DNA of 64,000 nt from Camelus dromedarius (taxonomy: Eukaryota), in the NCBI RefSeq assembly GCF_036321535.1, contig NC_087436.1, positions 82,338,001-82,402,000 of the forward strand. The letters are read 5' to 3'. The notes below the pieces were generated by a model, which worked only from the letters and a program-made list of their open reading frames with translations, had not been told where the DNA came from and made no database searches. The translations under genes and the position numbers were made by a program. This document shows positions 52,881 through 64,000 of the stretch, in pieces (position 1 is the stretch's first letter; each line of letters opens with the position of its first letter).

Positions 52881-55044
52881 AAGATAGCCCTCCTGGAATC
52901 CCTTTTTGTCCTGCTCTAATCTGGACTTGTCATTCTCTAGGCCTGCTGTAACCTCACCTCTCCTCTCTCTCCATGTTTTTCTTCTAATTACCTATATTAT
53001 CTTGATTAACCCCCTCATTTTGATGAAGCATATCCTCTGGTTACTTCCTGAGAAAGGCTGGGTAGAGGGTTGAAAATCTTCTGTTTCTGCTTGCGTTTAT
53101 GTTAGAAAGCTTACCTCTCCAGCACTGTCTTCCTCTACCCTTACATTTCTTTGATAATTTTCTTGTATATAAAACTCTAGTTTTAAAATTATACCTCCCC
53201 AGAATTTTGTAGGCATTGATCCCTAGTCTTTTAGCTTCCCCATGTTACTGTTGAGAAGTTCGATGCCATTATCTTCCCAAACCTTTGGATGTGGTATTTT
53301 TTTCTGTCTATATCATCTCTGTCCCTGGTGGTCTGAAAATTCATGGTGATGAACTTTGGTATAAATCTTTTTTCATTCACTATTAGTAGCACTCTTTCAA
53401 TCTAGATACTCATATATAAATACAATTAGCTCTTTCAATTTGGACACTTATTTTGATCAATGCTAGATATCCTTCTTCTGTGGTTTTATTGACAATGGAA
53501 TTCTATTTCTTATTTTTATTTATCTACATACTTTTTTCCCCCTTGGCCCTCCTATTAGACAGATATTGGGCAACCTGGATAGACATTTAAAAAACATTAA
53601 AAAATATTTTCTTTTTTATTTTCCATTTTTTTCTCTTTCTGTTCTTCTTTCTAGATATTTCCTCAACTTTAGCTGCCAAGTTTTCACAGAATTTTTTAGG
53701 AATGATATCTAGTTTTTAATTGTCAAGAACTCTATTTTGTTCCTTCTTACTAGGATCTTTTTTTGTTTGTTTGTTTCTTAGATGCAACATCTTATCTCTC
53801 TGAGGATATAAATTAGTTTCTTTGAAGTTTTCCTCTTTTCATTGTTTATTATTTAGTTCTTAAAAAGTTGTTTATGATCTTAGCTGCCATGCAGGAGGCA
53901 TATTTTAAAAATACATGACAACCCTTGTGTACCTGAATTCTAAAATATTAATTGGAAGTAAAAGTATGGGTAAAAGTAAATATTAATTGGAACTAAAAGT
54001 ATGAGTAAATCTTGTCAGGTGGGCTTCACTGAAGCTTTTTTGGAGGGTCACTGAATTTTTCAATCTTGGACCCCAAAATGCCAGAATCTATAGATACTTT
54101 CTCTGGAGTGGTTCAGTTTTTTAGCAAAATAGCTGCCGGTCTCCTGCCTGGGGGATATGTCTGAATGCTGGCATTCTGGAGGTGGATTTGGGAAGTGTTC
54201 CTCTCTCTACATTGTTTTCAACAGTCTTATTATAGAATTTCATCTAGACATTAACTGAGGCCTTTCTGAGTACAGGCCCAGAGGAAGATTCAGGAATCTG
54301 GAGAAGGAAGGACAAGGGTCCTGCACCAGAGGAGCTTAATCCAGTGGAGAGGCAGGAGAGCAACAGACAATTTGTAATGCCATCTAGAAACGTTCTAAGA
54401 AGGCTGTACAAATTTCTCTGGGGTTTGTGACTTTGCCTAGAAGAGATGATTAAATACACAATTCTATCTCGAACCTCACACACGTATCTCATGCCCCATT
54501 TCCTGTGCTACTCACTAGTTTCAAGTTGTCTTCTGTTTTTTCTTTTCCCTATAACTAGCTTCATTTCCCTTTTCTTCTAGTATCCTTTTTTAGTTTTCTC
54601 TCAAAAGAATATCATCTTGAAAGATGCAATATTTAAGGTTAAATTATACTATTTGCCTGAGGAGGAAGGCATGTGTTATAAATAGGCAGAGAAAATGATT
54701 TTATAAAGATTATTCTGTACAAGGTCATGGAGAAGAGGAGAGTGAAGTGATATTATTAAGGACACCCCCACAAAAATATGACCAGAGGTTTACTGGAAAT
54801 AAAATGTAATGGTTTAACTTGTAGTTTCCATAAATATTTATTAAAATTAATTTTATAATTTAATTTTCCTCTAAATTTACTATAATTCTGTTATAAAGAA
54901 ATGCATTTTACATGAATGATTTACCTTTAGGTTTTCACGTTTGAACATTTCACTATCATTGGGAACATTGGGAAAAGAACAGTAATTTTAGTGCTTCTAT
55001 GACTGACTTGATTCATCCATCAACAACGTAGTTTCAAAAGAAAT

Positions 55045-55802
55045 TTTGAATGGAAGTAGTCATGTGACTGAGTTCCAGCCAAAATAAGGGAAGAGGAGGT
55101 AATATATGTCACTTGTAAGCCTAGCCTACAAAAACCTCCATTCCCCTTTTCGCCTTCTGTTGACAGAATGCAGAGGGCATCAAAGCCCTCTGGGAGAGCA
55201 GAGCTGCAAAAAAGGAGCTTGGCCCCTGAATAGACTTCATGTTGGAACCACAAGACCAGCTCAAACTGGTCCTATTCTGTCAACCACAAGATGCTGAGTT
55301 GTTTTTCAGAGACAACAGAACAAAACTGCAAGTCATGCAGTTGAAACGTGGACAGAGGAGAAACTTTTCACCTCTAATAACAGCTGGAACCAAAGGACAA
55401 GGACACAACCGGAACCTGAACATGGGAACCCTTTCAGAAGCCAAGGCTCTGCTGCCCAGAAAGACCTGGCGCTGAAGCCCTTTACCACAATTTATCATAA
55501 ATGGCCAAGTTCCAAAGCCTTCCGATGGAAGCCTGCACATACCAACTTGTTCCCCAAACCCTTAGATGAACCCCAGATCTGGGAGACAGATTTGAGCACT
55601 GCCTCCTGTCTCTTTGCCAGTTGACATCAAATACAGCTCTTCTCTTCTCAAAAGCCAGTGCCACAGTATTGGCTTTTACATGCGCTGGGCACTGAGCTCT
55701 TGCTTGGTAACAATGTGAATGATCAATCAAATTCTATCCTACGAACCACTGGGATTTGGGGATTTATCTGTTAAAGTGATTACTGTTACCTTAATGAATA
55801 CA
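55045..55802 (+). mobile_element. MLT1-type LTR split by an ERV LTR
   Basis: gtcatgtgactgagttccagcca...gacttcatgt resumes as gaatgatcaatcaaattct...ccactgggatttggggatt. Confidence 0.6.
55243..55712 (+). mobile_element. ERV1-type solo LTR
   Basis: TG...ggtaaCA ends with 4-bp TSD atgt (55239-55242 / 55713-55716). Confidence 0.75.
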
Positions 55803-55829
55803 CTTCTTCACACAACTATCTTGCACATT

Positions 55830-56840
55830 TATTCATTCAAGAAATATTTAACACCTAATAAGTAGCAGGCACTTGATCGAGTAACTGGGATATAGCAGTA
55901 AATAAAACCAGTAAGGTTCTTGGCGCTTACGTTCTCTTGCAAGGGAGAGAACCACTAAACAAATAAGCAAATAAATTGTGAACAAGTATCTGCTAGTGGT
56001 AGGTGCTATGAAAGAAACAGAATAAAATGAAGAGTGACAGGATAAAGAGGCTAATTTAGATGGGGTGGTCACGGAAGGATACCCCGAGGCTATGACATTT
56101 GAGCTGAGGCCTGAATAATGCCCCAGCTACATTTCCAACAGCTTCTTTTGACAAGATGCATTTTTCGAAATAAAAACCTCCTCTCTAATGTCTTTTCAAA
56201 ATAAGCTTTCCCAACACTGTGAAATGCTTAATATTTCTGTTCCCTTCTTTTCCTAGCATGGACTTGGTCTTGCTCTGAATAGGAAAGAGCAGTAATAGAT
56301 AAAGTCCAGCCATACTTTACAGGTGGCTTCTCTCTAAGACCTATGATCTCTGTGTTTGGTTGAATTAAAGAGAGTGGGAATAAGAAGAGATAAGGTCAGA
56401 GAGGTAACAGGTGGCCGGGTTGTGAAGGGCTTTACTCTTAAGTGAGACAACTAAGGAAAGCTCTGAATGTAATCAGTCTTCTATTTTAAAAGATGAATTT
56501 GTTTGCTGGGGAATAGTGTCGGAGGCTCAGGAAGGAGCAGGGAGAACACAGGAGGCTGTTGCAATAATCCGGGCAAAGCAAAATGATGGCTTGAACCAGG
56601 CTGGTGGCAGGACAAGTGGTGAGAAGTGGCTGAATTGTGAATGTGGTTTGATTGAAGAGTGGACAGGATTTGCAGACGGTGTAGATGTGACGACGGAAAA
56701 GGACAGTCAAGGGTAACTGCAAGGATTTTAATCTGAGAAGTCAGAAGGATGAAGTTGCTATCTACTGTGTAGGGAAGACTACAAGAAGAGCAGGTTTGGG
56801 AAAGAATATTGAGAATTGGCTTTGGAAATGCTAAACTTGA
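55830..56840 (-). mobile_element. L2 fragments
   Basis: attcattcaagaaatatttaacaccta (L2 tail); ggaggctgttgcaataatcc...gatggcttgaaccagg. Confidence 0.7.
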
Positions 56841-57199
56841 TGCAAATTTTAGCCATTATATGTATTATCTTATTCATTGCCAAAATAATTCTGAAAGTAG
56901 ATGTTGTTGTCAATTTTGTTTTATAGATGGGGAAACTAAAATTAAGTAAATTGTCCACATTCACACACTAGAACATGGCAGAGACAAACTAGAACCTGAG
57001 TCTTCTGGAATCTAAAATTAGGGTTCATCCCACTACCAAGTTGTGCTTACCTATTTCTACAAACTATTTTTCACTTTATTCTCTATGACCTAGAATTTCT
57101 CCAAGATACTTTCTCTATACATTCTTTTTAATAACTCTCCATGTCTGGTACCTGGTTGCTACATATGGTCTGATGAGTAAGCATCTGACCCTTATGTGA

Positions 57200-57655
57200 T
57201 GACCAAGCATGGCAGAGATTGCTAATAATCAAGTCTACCTTGAGTTTCCAAGGTGTACATGACCGCTTAGCTGTACAACACATTCTCAGTTCCCTTCACA
57301 GCTCGGTGTGACTGTATGACTAAGTTATGGCTGAGCCCGACTTCCAAGTGGTTAGTGTGACTTCCAAGTCGTATACTGAGAAGAAAACTGCTTTCCTTTC
57401 ACTTCCTCTTTCCTACTGCCTTCGGGCAGAAGCAGGATGAGCTGGAACACAAGGGATACACCTTAGGGGAGGGTGGAGCAACACCTTAGAAAGAGTCTGG
57501 GTCCCTAAATAATACCGTAGAGGACAGCTGCCTTCTTCCCCTGGACCTCTCAATAGCTTAGAATTTAAAATGAAATGAAAGACAAATAAACCTTCTCTTT
57601 TGCGTGAGCCAGTATAAAAGCAGCTGAACCATTGTCTCAGCCAAATATAACACAA
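57200..57655 (+). mobile_element. MaLR LTR remnant (MLT1-type)
   Basis: ttctcagttcccttcacagctcggtgtgactgtatgactaagtt...aaataaaccttctcttttgcgtgagcca. Confidence 0.6.
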
Positions 57656-58165
57656 TTTAGTCTCAATACAGCACAGCTTCCAGGAAGGCAGGATGGTATG
57701 GGGGGAAAGTACGGGCTCTGTTGACAATGGGTGCAGCCCTGGCTGGGACAGTCTGTAGCTGTACATTCTGACCTAGTTAGGTAGTTTCTCTGTACCTCGG
57801 GTCATTGATCCTAAAACAAGGATAACAAGAGTGCTTAAATAATTTAATATGCGCAGGGCATTTACCTCATGGTAAGGACTCAATAAATGAATATAGATAA
57901 CATTGAGAAAGGTGAGATTAAACTATTACCATTGAAAGCAAATAATGACCCAGAAGACGTTTTATTTGAAAAGGGATGAGTGAGCATCCGTGAGGGAATA
58001 CTTCAGTGCTTTGTCCCTCTCCCTTCCCAGTTGTGGCAGGAAAAGCTAGATGTCCACCCAAACTCCATGCTCCCTCTCACAGTGTGCCGTTGTCACTGGA
58101 AGGCAGCTGCCCCGCCAAAGATGATTTGTTCCCAGATGCTCTTGACTAGTTCTGCACTGAGGTTT

Positions 58166-58592
58166 TTTCAATTGTGGTAAAATATACTTAACATAAACTT
58201 CACCATTTTTAACTGTACAATTCAGTGGTATTTAGTACATTCACGTTGTTGTACGATCATCAACTCTCTGTATCTCTAGAACTTTTTCATCATCCCAAAC
58301 AAAAATTCTGTACCTTTTAAAGAATAACTCCCCAGTCCTCCTTCCCCCCAGCTCCTAGGAACCACTGTTCTACTCTCTGTCTGTATTTGACTGTTCTAGA
58401 TACCTCATGTAACTGGAAGTGTACGATATTTGTCCTCTTGTGTCTGATTTATTTCACTTAACAGGATGTCTTCAAAGGTCACCCATGTTGTAGCATGCAT
58501 CAGAACTTCCTTCATTTTTAAAGGCTGAATAATATTCCATTGTATGGATATATTGCATTTTGTTTATCCATTTATCTGTTGATGGATATTCT
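58166..58592 (-). mobile_element. Old L1 3' end (L1MA/MB-type)
   Basis: ttgtggtaaaatatacttaacataaa...aaggctgaataatattccattgtatgga. Confidence 0.85.
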
Positions 58593-58784
58593 GATGGGGC
58601 TGCAGGCTTTTTAGAAGAGGATGAGACTTTTCCATTCTCTCTTACAGTATCCACTTCAGAGAACTCCAAGATCCTAGAGAACAGAACTACAAGAAGGACT
58701 GCACACCCTGGAATGACCATGAAAGCTCCCCTCTGACCAGGCACATTTGCATGGGCCCTTAATATGAGTAAGAAATACACTTTC

Positions 58785-58965
58785 TTTTAAAAATTTTTAA
58801 ATTAAAATTAAAAAAATATTCTTTAATTTCTTTAAAATAATTTCTTTTGTGTGTGTGGGAGGTAATTAGGTTAATTAATTTATTTTTAATGGTGGTACTA
58901 GGGATTGAACCCAGGACCTTGTGCATGCTAAGCACACTCTCTACCACTGAGCTCTACCCTCCCCC
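58785..58965 (-). mobile_element. tRNA-derived SINE (same family as 26681-26812)
   Basis: gggattgaacccaggaccttgtgcatgctaagcac...ccactgagct; TSD tacactttc 58776-58784 / 58971-58979. Confidence 0.88.
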
Positions 58966-60454
58966 GAATGTACACTTTCATTATGTTAATTAACCACTGG
59001 AAATGTGGAGTTTATTTGCTATTGTACCTTGTTTTTATCATAATAAGCATTATCAGGCTACTCACACTCCTTTACGTACTTGGCCAAACACTGATCCATG
59101 AAAATAATTTTTTCTTCTGTTCTACTTCCACAATTTCTCTGCTTCTAGAAAAATCACAGTCCCTTAAAAATTGAGAAAGCAATAATAAAAGGCTTTTTGC
59201 ACTCCCTCCCCGCAACTAAAAGTCGGAACTGTGACGTCTTTTCCAGAACCTACTCTAGATTAGCCCATCCCTCCCCCAAATGAACTAAGAAAAGGTACCC
59301 TTCCGTGTGAACCTGTATTATGTTTCAGTTCAAATCATGAATTTTTAACTGAAATGGAACAAAGTTCTTCATATCAAAATCATCAGACCTTCACTTGGCA
59401 GAGGCCCTGGCAAATCAAGAGCAACTGCTGCCTTTTGTGTTGGCACCACCCCTAAATGTGTTCCATTTGTTTACTTTTGTTAAAGCTTTGTCAGCCAAGA
59501 TTTGTAATGTTCAACTTTCTCCTGTTCAGCAAGGTCCTGAAAACAGGGCAGCACCTTTTGTAAAGAGTATACAGACTCTGACCCGATGCAGCCACAGCTG
59601 GGCGATAAGTTACCTAAGTGCAAATTAAACATGTAAACAGTTTCCTAGCTGACAAGAATGACCACAGAGTCAGATGGATCTACCCAGATTTCCAGGATTC
59701 CAGGGGCTTTAGAGGGCCTTGATCCATCTCCCTTTTCTCAAGTCTATTTTCAGGCCATTTCAAAAAGATTTCCAAGATGTCCTTTAACTGATGGTGAAAT
59801 TTCCTTGGATTCAACCTGGAATGACTAAAAAGCAGGGAATAAAAAATTTGAAATGTGTGTTGCAAAAGTCAAGTGACAGTCGTTGATTCCATCTCTGTAG
59901 GATCAAAAAAGCCCTCAGGGTATGGTCTCTCTGGGAGTGCAGAGCCAGCATTAGTAGAAACACTGAGCCTCATTATTTCTGGCCATACTAGGTTCTGGGG
60001 CGCCAGCTCTCAAAGATCCACCCTGAATGGGGAATGAAGATGGGTGAGGGTTAGGTAGAAAGCGAAGCGGGAGATAGGAATGGGAATTTGAAACATTAGA
60101 AATGTTTAGAAATTAGAAAACATTAGAAATGGGAGAGAGGAGGCAGAATGAAGGAGGAGGACTTAGTAATACGGTGGGTGAATTGGGAAGGGAAGAAATG
60201 GAAGGAGAAAAGGAGAATAAAGTGGGAAAGAAGGGAAGGGGAAAGGAAAAATGGGAAATGGGAGGGAGAAAAGGAAAGGAATGGAAATCAGCCTTCACTG
60301 AATACCTTTACATAAATGGTAAACGACCTTGAGGTTGGGGCCTTCCTTTCTAACCTGAAGTGACAGAGGCTGAGCCTGGGGTTTAGACACTTAAGGCGTG
60401 CTGTCTATGAAACCTTCCCCTGGATAAAGGCTGATTGGTACTGGATGTGACTTC

Positions 60455-60633
60455 AGCCAGGGCCAGATTCGTGTTTGCAGGGCCCTGTGCAAAATGAAAA
60501 CACAAGATCCCTTGTTCAGAAATGATTAAGAATTTCAAGATGATGGCAGTAGAGCATTAAATCATTCATGGGGCCCTTCTTAGCATAAGGTTCTATGCAA
60601 ATGCACAGCTGGCATGTCCACCAAGTTGGCCTT
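60455..60633. mobile_element. hAT-Tip100 MITE (MER45-like)
   Basis: cagggcc...attaagaatttcaagatgatggcagtagagcattaaa...ggccttg. Confidence 0.7.
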
Positions 60634-62211
60634 GTCTTCAACATATTAATAGAACTAGAACGTTAGAAAAGGAACTCAACATTTAAGGAGTGTCTATATG
60701 ATATAAAACCCTTTGGTTTACAGAAACTGGATCTTTGGCACCGTTTAAGTAAAGTGGCTGCTTGTTTGAATTTTTCTTAAGCCAATTATTTACCTTGTGT
60801 TATATAAATTTAGCTCAGAGTTTTCTTTCATACCTGGATCTATTGCCTAGAACTTTATCTTCAATATAAGACTTGCGCTTGCTTACTGGATATTAGCAAC
60901 TGTGAAATTAATAACTACTTACAGTTTTTAATATAAGGCTCAGAGATTTTATTAATTGCACAATAAAGGGTCAGGTATTAACTCACATTTACTGAATACA
61001 GGGAGATATAAGCTCATGCAGGAACACAGGAAAAAAGCATGGAGAAAAAAATTCATAGAAATTTAATTCTGTCCAGCTATTAGGAAAGTGAAGTTAGTTC
61101 ATTTATATTTTCTTTTATGCTAAGAATAATAAATTGAAATGATATTAAGCTCCCCTTCTCCTGTTCTCTACATAGCTCCAAGTTGCACATTTAGTTTGTC
61201 TTTTTGTGGATAAAAATTATGCTATTATAAAAAAAGATCAAAGATTAAGAACTTGGTGGGTATCTCTGGTTGGTTGGTGGCACCTAGCCCTCTACATGTC
61301 AGAAAGGTGGCTGGATCTCTTGGCAGGAAGCTCTCAGCACGCTGTACTCTTGCTCAGATGTAAGATGATCAAGATTATCACCCTTTTATTTTTACCTTCC
61401 TACAGTATGTGCATTTCTCAATGTCAAATCCACCAAGTTTGGGACTTTAAAAGGGCAAATCTAACTTTCATTCTGAAGATGCCAATTATCTATAGAGAAA
61501 CTAGCACTCAAAAGTTTTTCTCTTTTGAAATAATTTCAGATTTGCACAACTGTGGCAAAAATAGTACAAGTATAAGCTTCAACCCATTTCTCCAAATGTT
61601 AATATCATATATAAATTGTAGTACCATTATTAAAACTGGGAAATTAATGTTGCTATAATTCTATTATCTATGGATCTTACTCAAATTTTGCCAGTTACCC
61701 CACTGATTTTTAAATGTTCAAATTGATTATACAGTAAGATGCAACTGATAACATGTGGTTTTCTGATTTAAGAATATTTCCCTAAAATGTGTTTACCATC
61801 TGAGTTGTTTGTAATCTTAGAACAAACACTAATGCTGGTGAAAATCTGAAATTGTCACACTAAGGTAATCTCTATAAATTATCCAGTTTTAGTGCTTGAA
61901 TGGGGAATTTGTTTCCTCTTAACTCCAGAAAGTCATGACAGCCACCCAGCAGTGAACTTCAAACAGTGCAACAGATTTCTAGGTTTAAAAAAACTGAACA
62001 TTTTACCCATTAATAAGTTCTTTCTTTTCTTTCTGCCTTCTGCCCAATTATATATCATGTAACATAATGATTACCTAGACATATATAATATTGTACTAGG
62101 GGCTTGACTTACTTAACACAAAATGACCTAACTTGGATTGGATTAATATGAAATAAAGAATATTTTTAATAATACGATAGGTAGGATTTATTTTTAAAAA
62201 GTCATAGAAGA

Positions 62212-62663
62212 AAGAGGTGGAAGCAATCGAAATGTTCATTGACAGATGACTAGATAAAATGTGGTACATACATACAATGGAATATTATACAGCATTTAAA
62301 AAGATGGATAGCCTGTCATATACTACCATACAGATGAAACTTAAGGACACTATGCTAAATGAAATGAGTCAGTGTCAATAGGACAAATACTATATGATTC
62401 TATTCCTATGAAGTATCTAAAATAGTCAAAATTATAGAAGCAGAAAGTAGAGAGGTGGTTGCCAAGAGCTGAAGGCAGAAGGGAAGAGGAAATTAGTGTT
62501 CAACAGATAAAGAGTTTCAGTTTTGCAGGATGAAAAAGTTCCAGAAATCTGTTCCACAATAATGTCAATGCAATTAACAGTATTGAACTGTACACTTAGA
62601 AGTGGTTAGGATGGTAAATTTAATATTATGTAGTTTTCAAAATCATAATTTTAAAAATAATAG
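62212..62663 (+). mobile_element. Old L1 3' end (L1MA/MB-type)
   Basis: Parallels 4745-5190; flanked by aagaggtggaag 62212-62223 / 62664-62675. Confidence 0.85.
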
Positions 62664-64000
62664 AAGAGGTGGAAGTGGTTAGAAATAAAGATCAAACAAC
62701 CTAGCTAAGAGCTGACAAATGCAGAGGCAGCACAATGGATATATGAGCGTCATTGTACTATTTATAACTATATTCTATAAATCTGTGTAATAATAAGCCA
62801 AAATAAATAAATAAAAGCTTCTAATTCCTGGATAATATTTTCTTAACATTATCTATAATCACACAACATTCTTTATCCAGAATGAAAAGAGCATTTCTCT
62901 TATGAGAATTTTATATTTTAAATGTTAACTGCCAAAAGAAAAACAAATTATAAAAACAAACCCTGGAAAGACCTTGACAACAGAGGTGACAGTAGACAAA
63001 ATTAAAAAATCATCTCAAACCCTATCACCCACTGAAAATATTTTGCGTATATACTTAAAATATTTTAAATATTGCTTTAATATACTCCAAAACATTATTA
63101 TAAATATTAATATATTGCAGAATTTTTAAACAAAATATTTTCAATGCCAGCTAGTTATGATCAGTAAGAAGAACTTACACTTAATTAGATGGAAAATGAC
63201 TCCTTCCTTGTTTATCAAGCAAGTCTTTCAAAATAGATGCATATCTAGCTGTTACACATAGCTATTACACATTGCATATGCCAAACTATGTTTTTATGTA
63301 CAGGTTTTTTTTTTTCCTGTAGGGAAGCCAAACCATTCATCAGGACTTCAAAGGATACTGTGACTTAAATGGGTTGAGAAACACTGCTTTAGATTATATA
63401 TTCAATTCAAACAACTTTTTGTGGCCAGTCATTTCCTCATTTAGGAAAATTTTGAAGGATTTTTAAAAATTGAATTCAACTTTGAAATTAATTACACACA
63501 TCTTCACCAAGGGAAAATAACCACCTAATGCCAGATTTTATTTGTTTTACTACCAATAATTTCTGTCTTCCCCCAATAAAAGAAACTTGGTTAAAAAGAT
63601 GTTAAGATTGATACAGTTTATATAAACTTACTTGTTTCTGTAATTTCCAGAGAACTAAAGTTCATTGTGTTTGTTCACTTGTTTGTTTTTAGTAACTACC
63701 CTAATACTTTCATAAAACATTTCTTTAGGCAGTGCTGAGTAAAACGAGTTCAATAAGAGAATCATCTTTGTTTTGAATTACTTAACCCAGCAAAACTTTC
63801 TCTTTAGCTATACTAGTAAAATAATAAATTAAATTAAAATTAAATTAGAGTTAAATTCTGTTCCTTTAGTAAATAAAATGTAACTCCATTACAGAATGTT
63901 TCATTAATGCATAGAATTATAATAACTTGTGAGGGGTTATTTAAAATTATTATATAATAATTTATAATTTCTTTAATTTAGTCATTCAGCCACCATATCA

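Larger units (their letters stand above)
51640..54180 (-). mobile_element. Second HAL1-like remnant, interrupted by an LTR and a hAT element
   Basis: cagaattttgtaggcattg...tagcttcccatgttactgttgagaagttcgatgccatt parallels 50040-50105. Confidence 0.6.

Noticed and set aside
61206..61658. 150-aa ORF
   Set aside because: Non-ATG start, runs into an old L1 remnant, no recognisable homology
1..64000. CRISPR arrays, operons or other prokaryote-type systems
   Set aside because: The sequence is mammalian; no regularly spaced repeat array or dense ORF structure was seen

Overview
AT-rich, repeat-dense mammalian genomic DNA with no prokaryotic features. The short tRNA-derived SINEs and young L1 3' tails, with no Alu, B1/B2, BovB or PRE1 seen, suggest a camelid (inference). 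A CpG-island promoter (~17.3-18.45 kb) appears to drive an unidentified minus-strand gene. Its non-coding exon 1 and candidate small 5'UTR exons lie in the window, but no coding exons do. Inside that gene's intron, in sense orientation, is a processed retrocopy of ATP5MK (USMG5/DAPIT) with an intact 58-codon ORF, polyA signal, tail and target-site duplication (TSD). Its 5'UTR ends in a good 3' splice-site mimic 9 nt before the ATG, so the host promoter might express it; this is the most interesting hypothesis here. The remaining ~45 kb is intergenic: L1, HAL1, L2, MIR, LTR and DNA-transposon fossils, a second 3'UTR-only retrocopy, several informative L1 junctions and candidate enhancers. Repeat subfamily names come from recall of consensus sequences, and boundaries are approximate unless a TSD is quoted. 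Almost all ORFs in the track are spurious or decayed L1 fragments.
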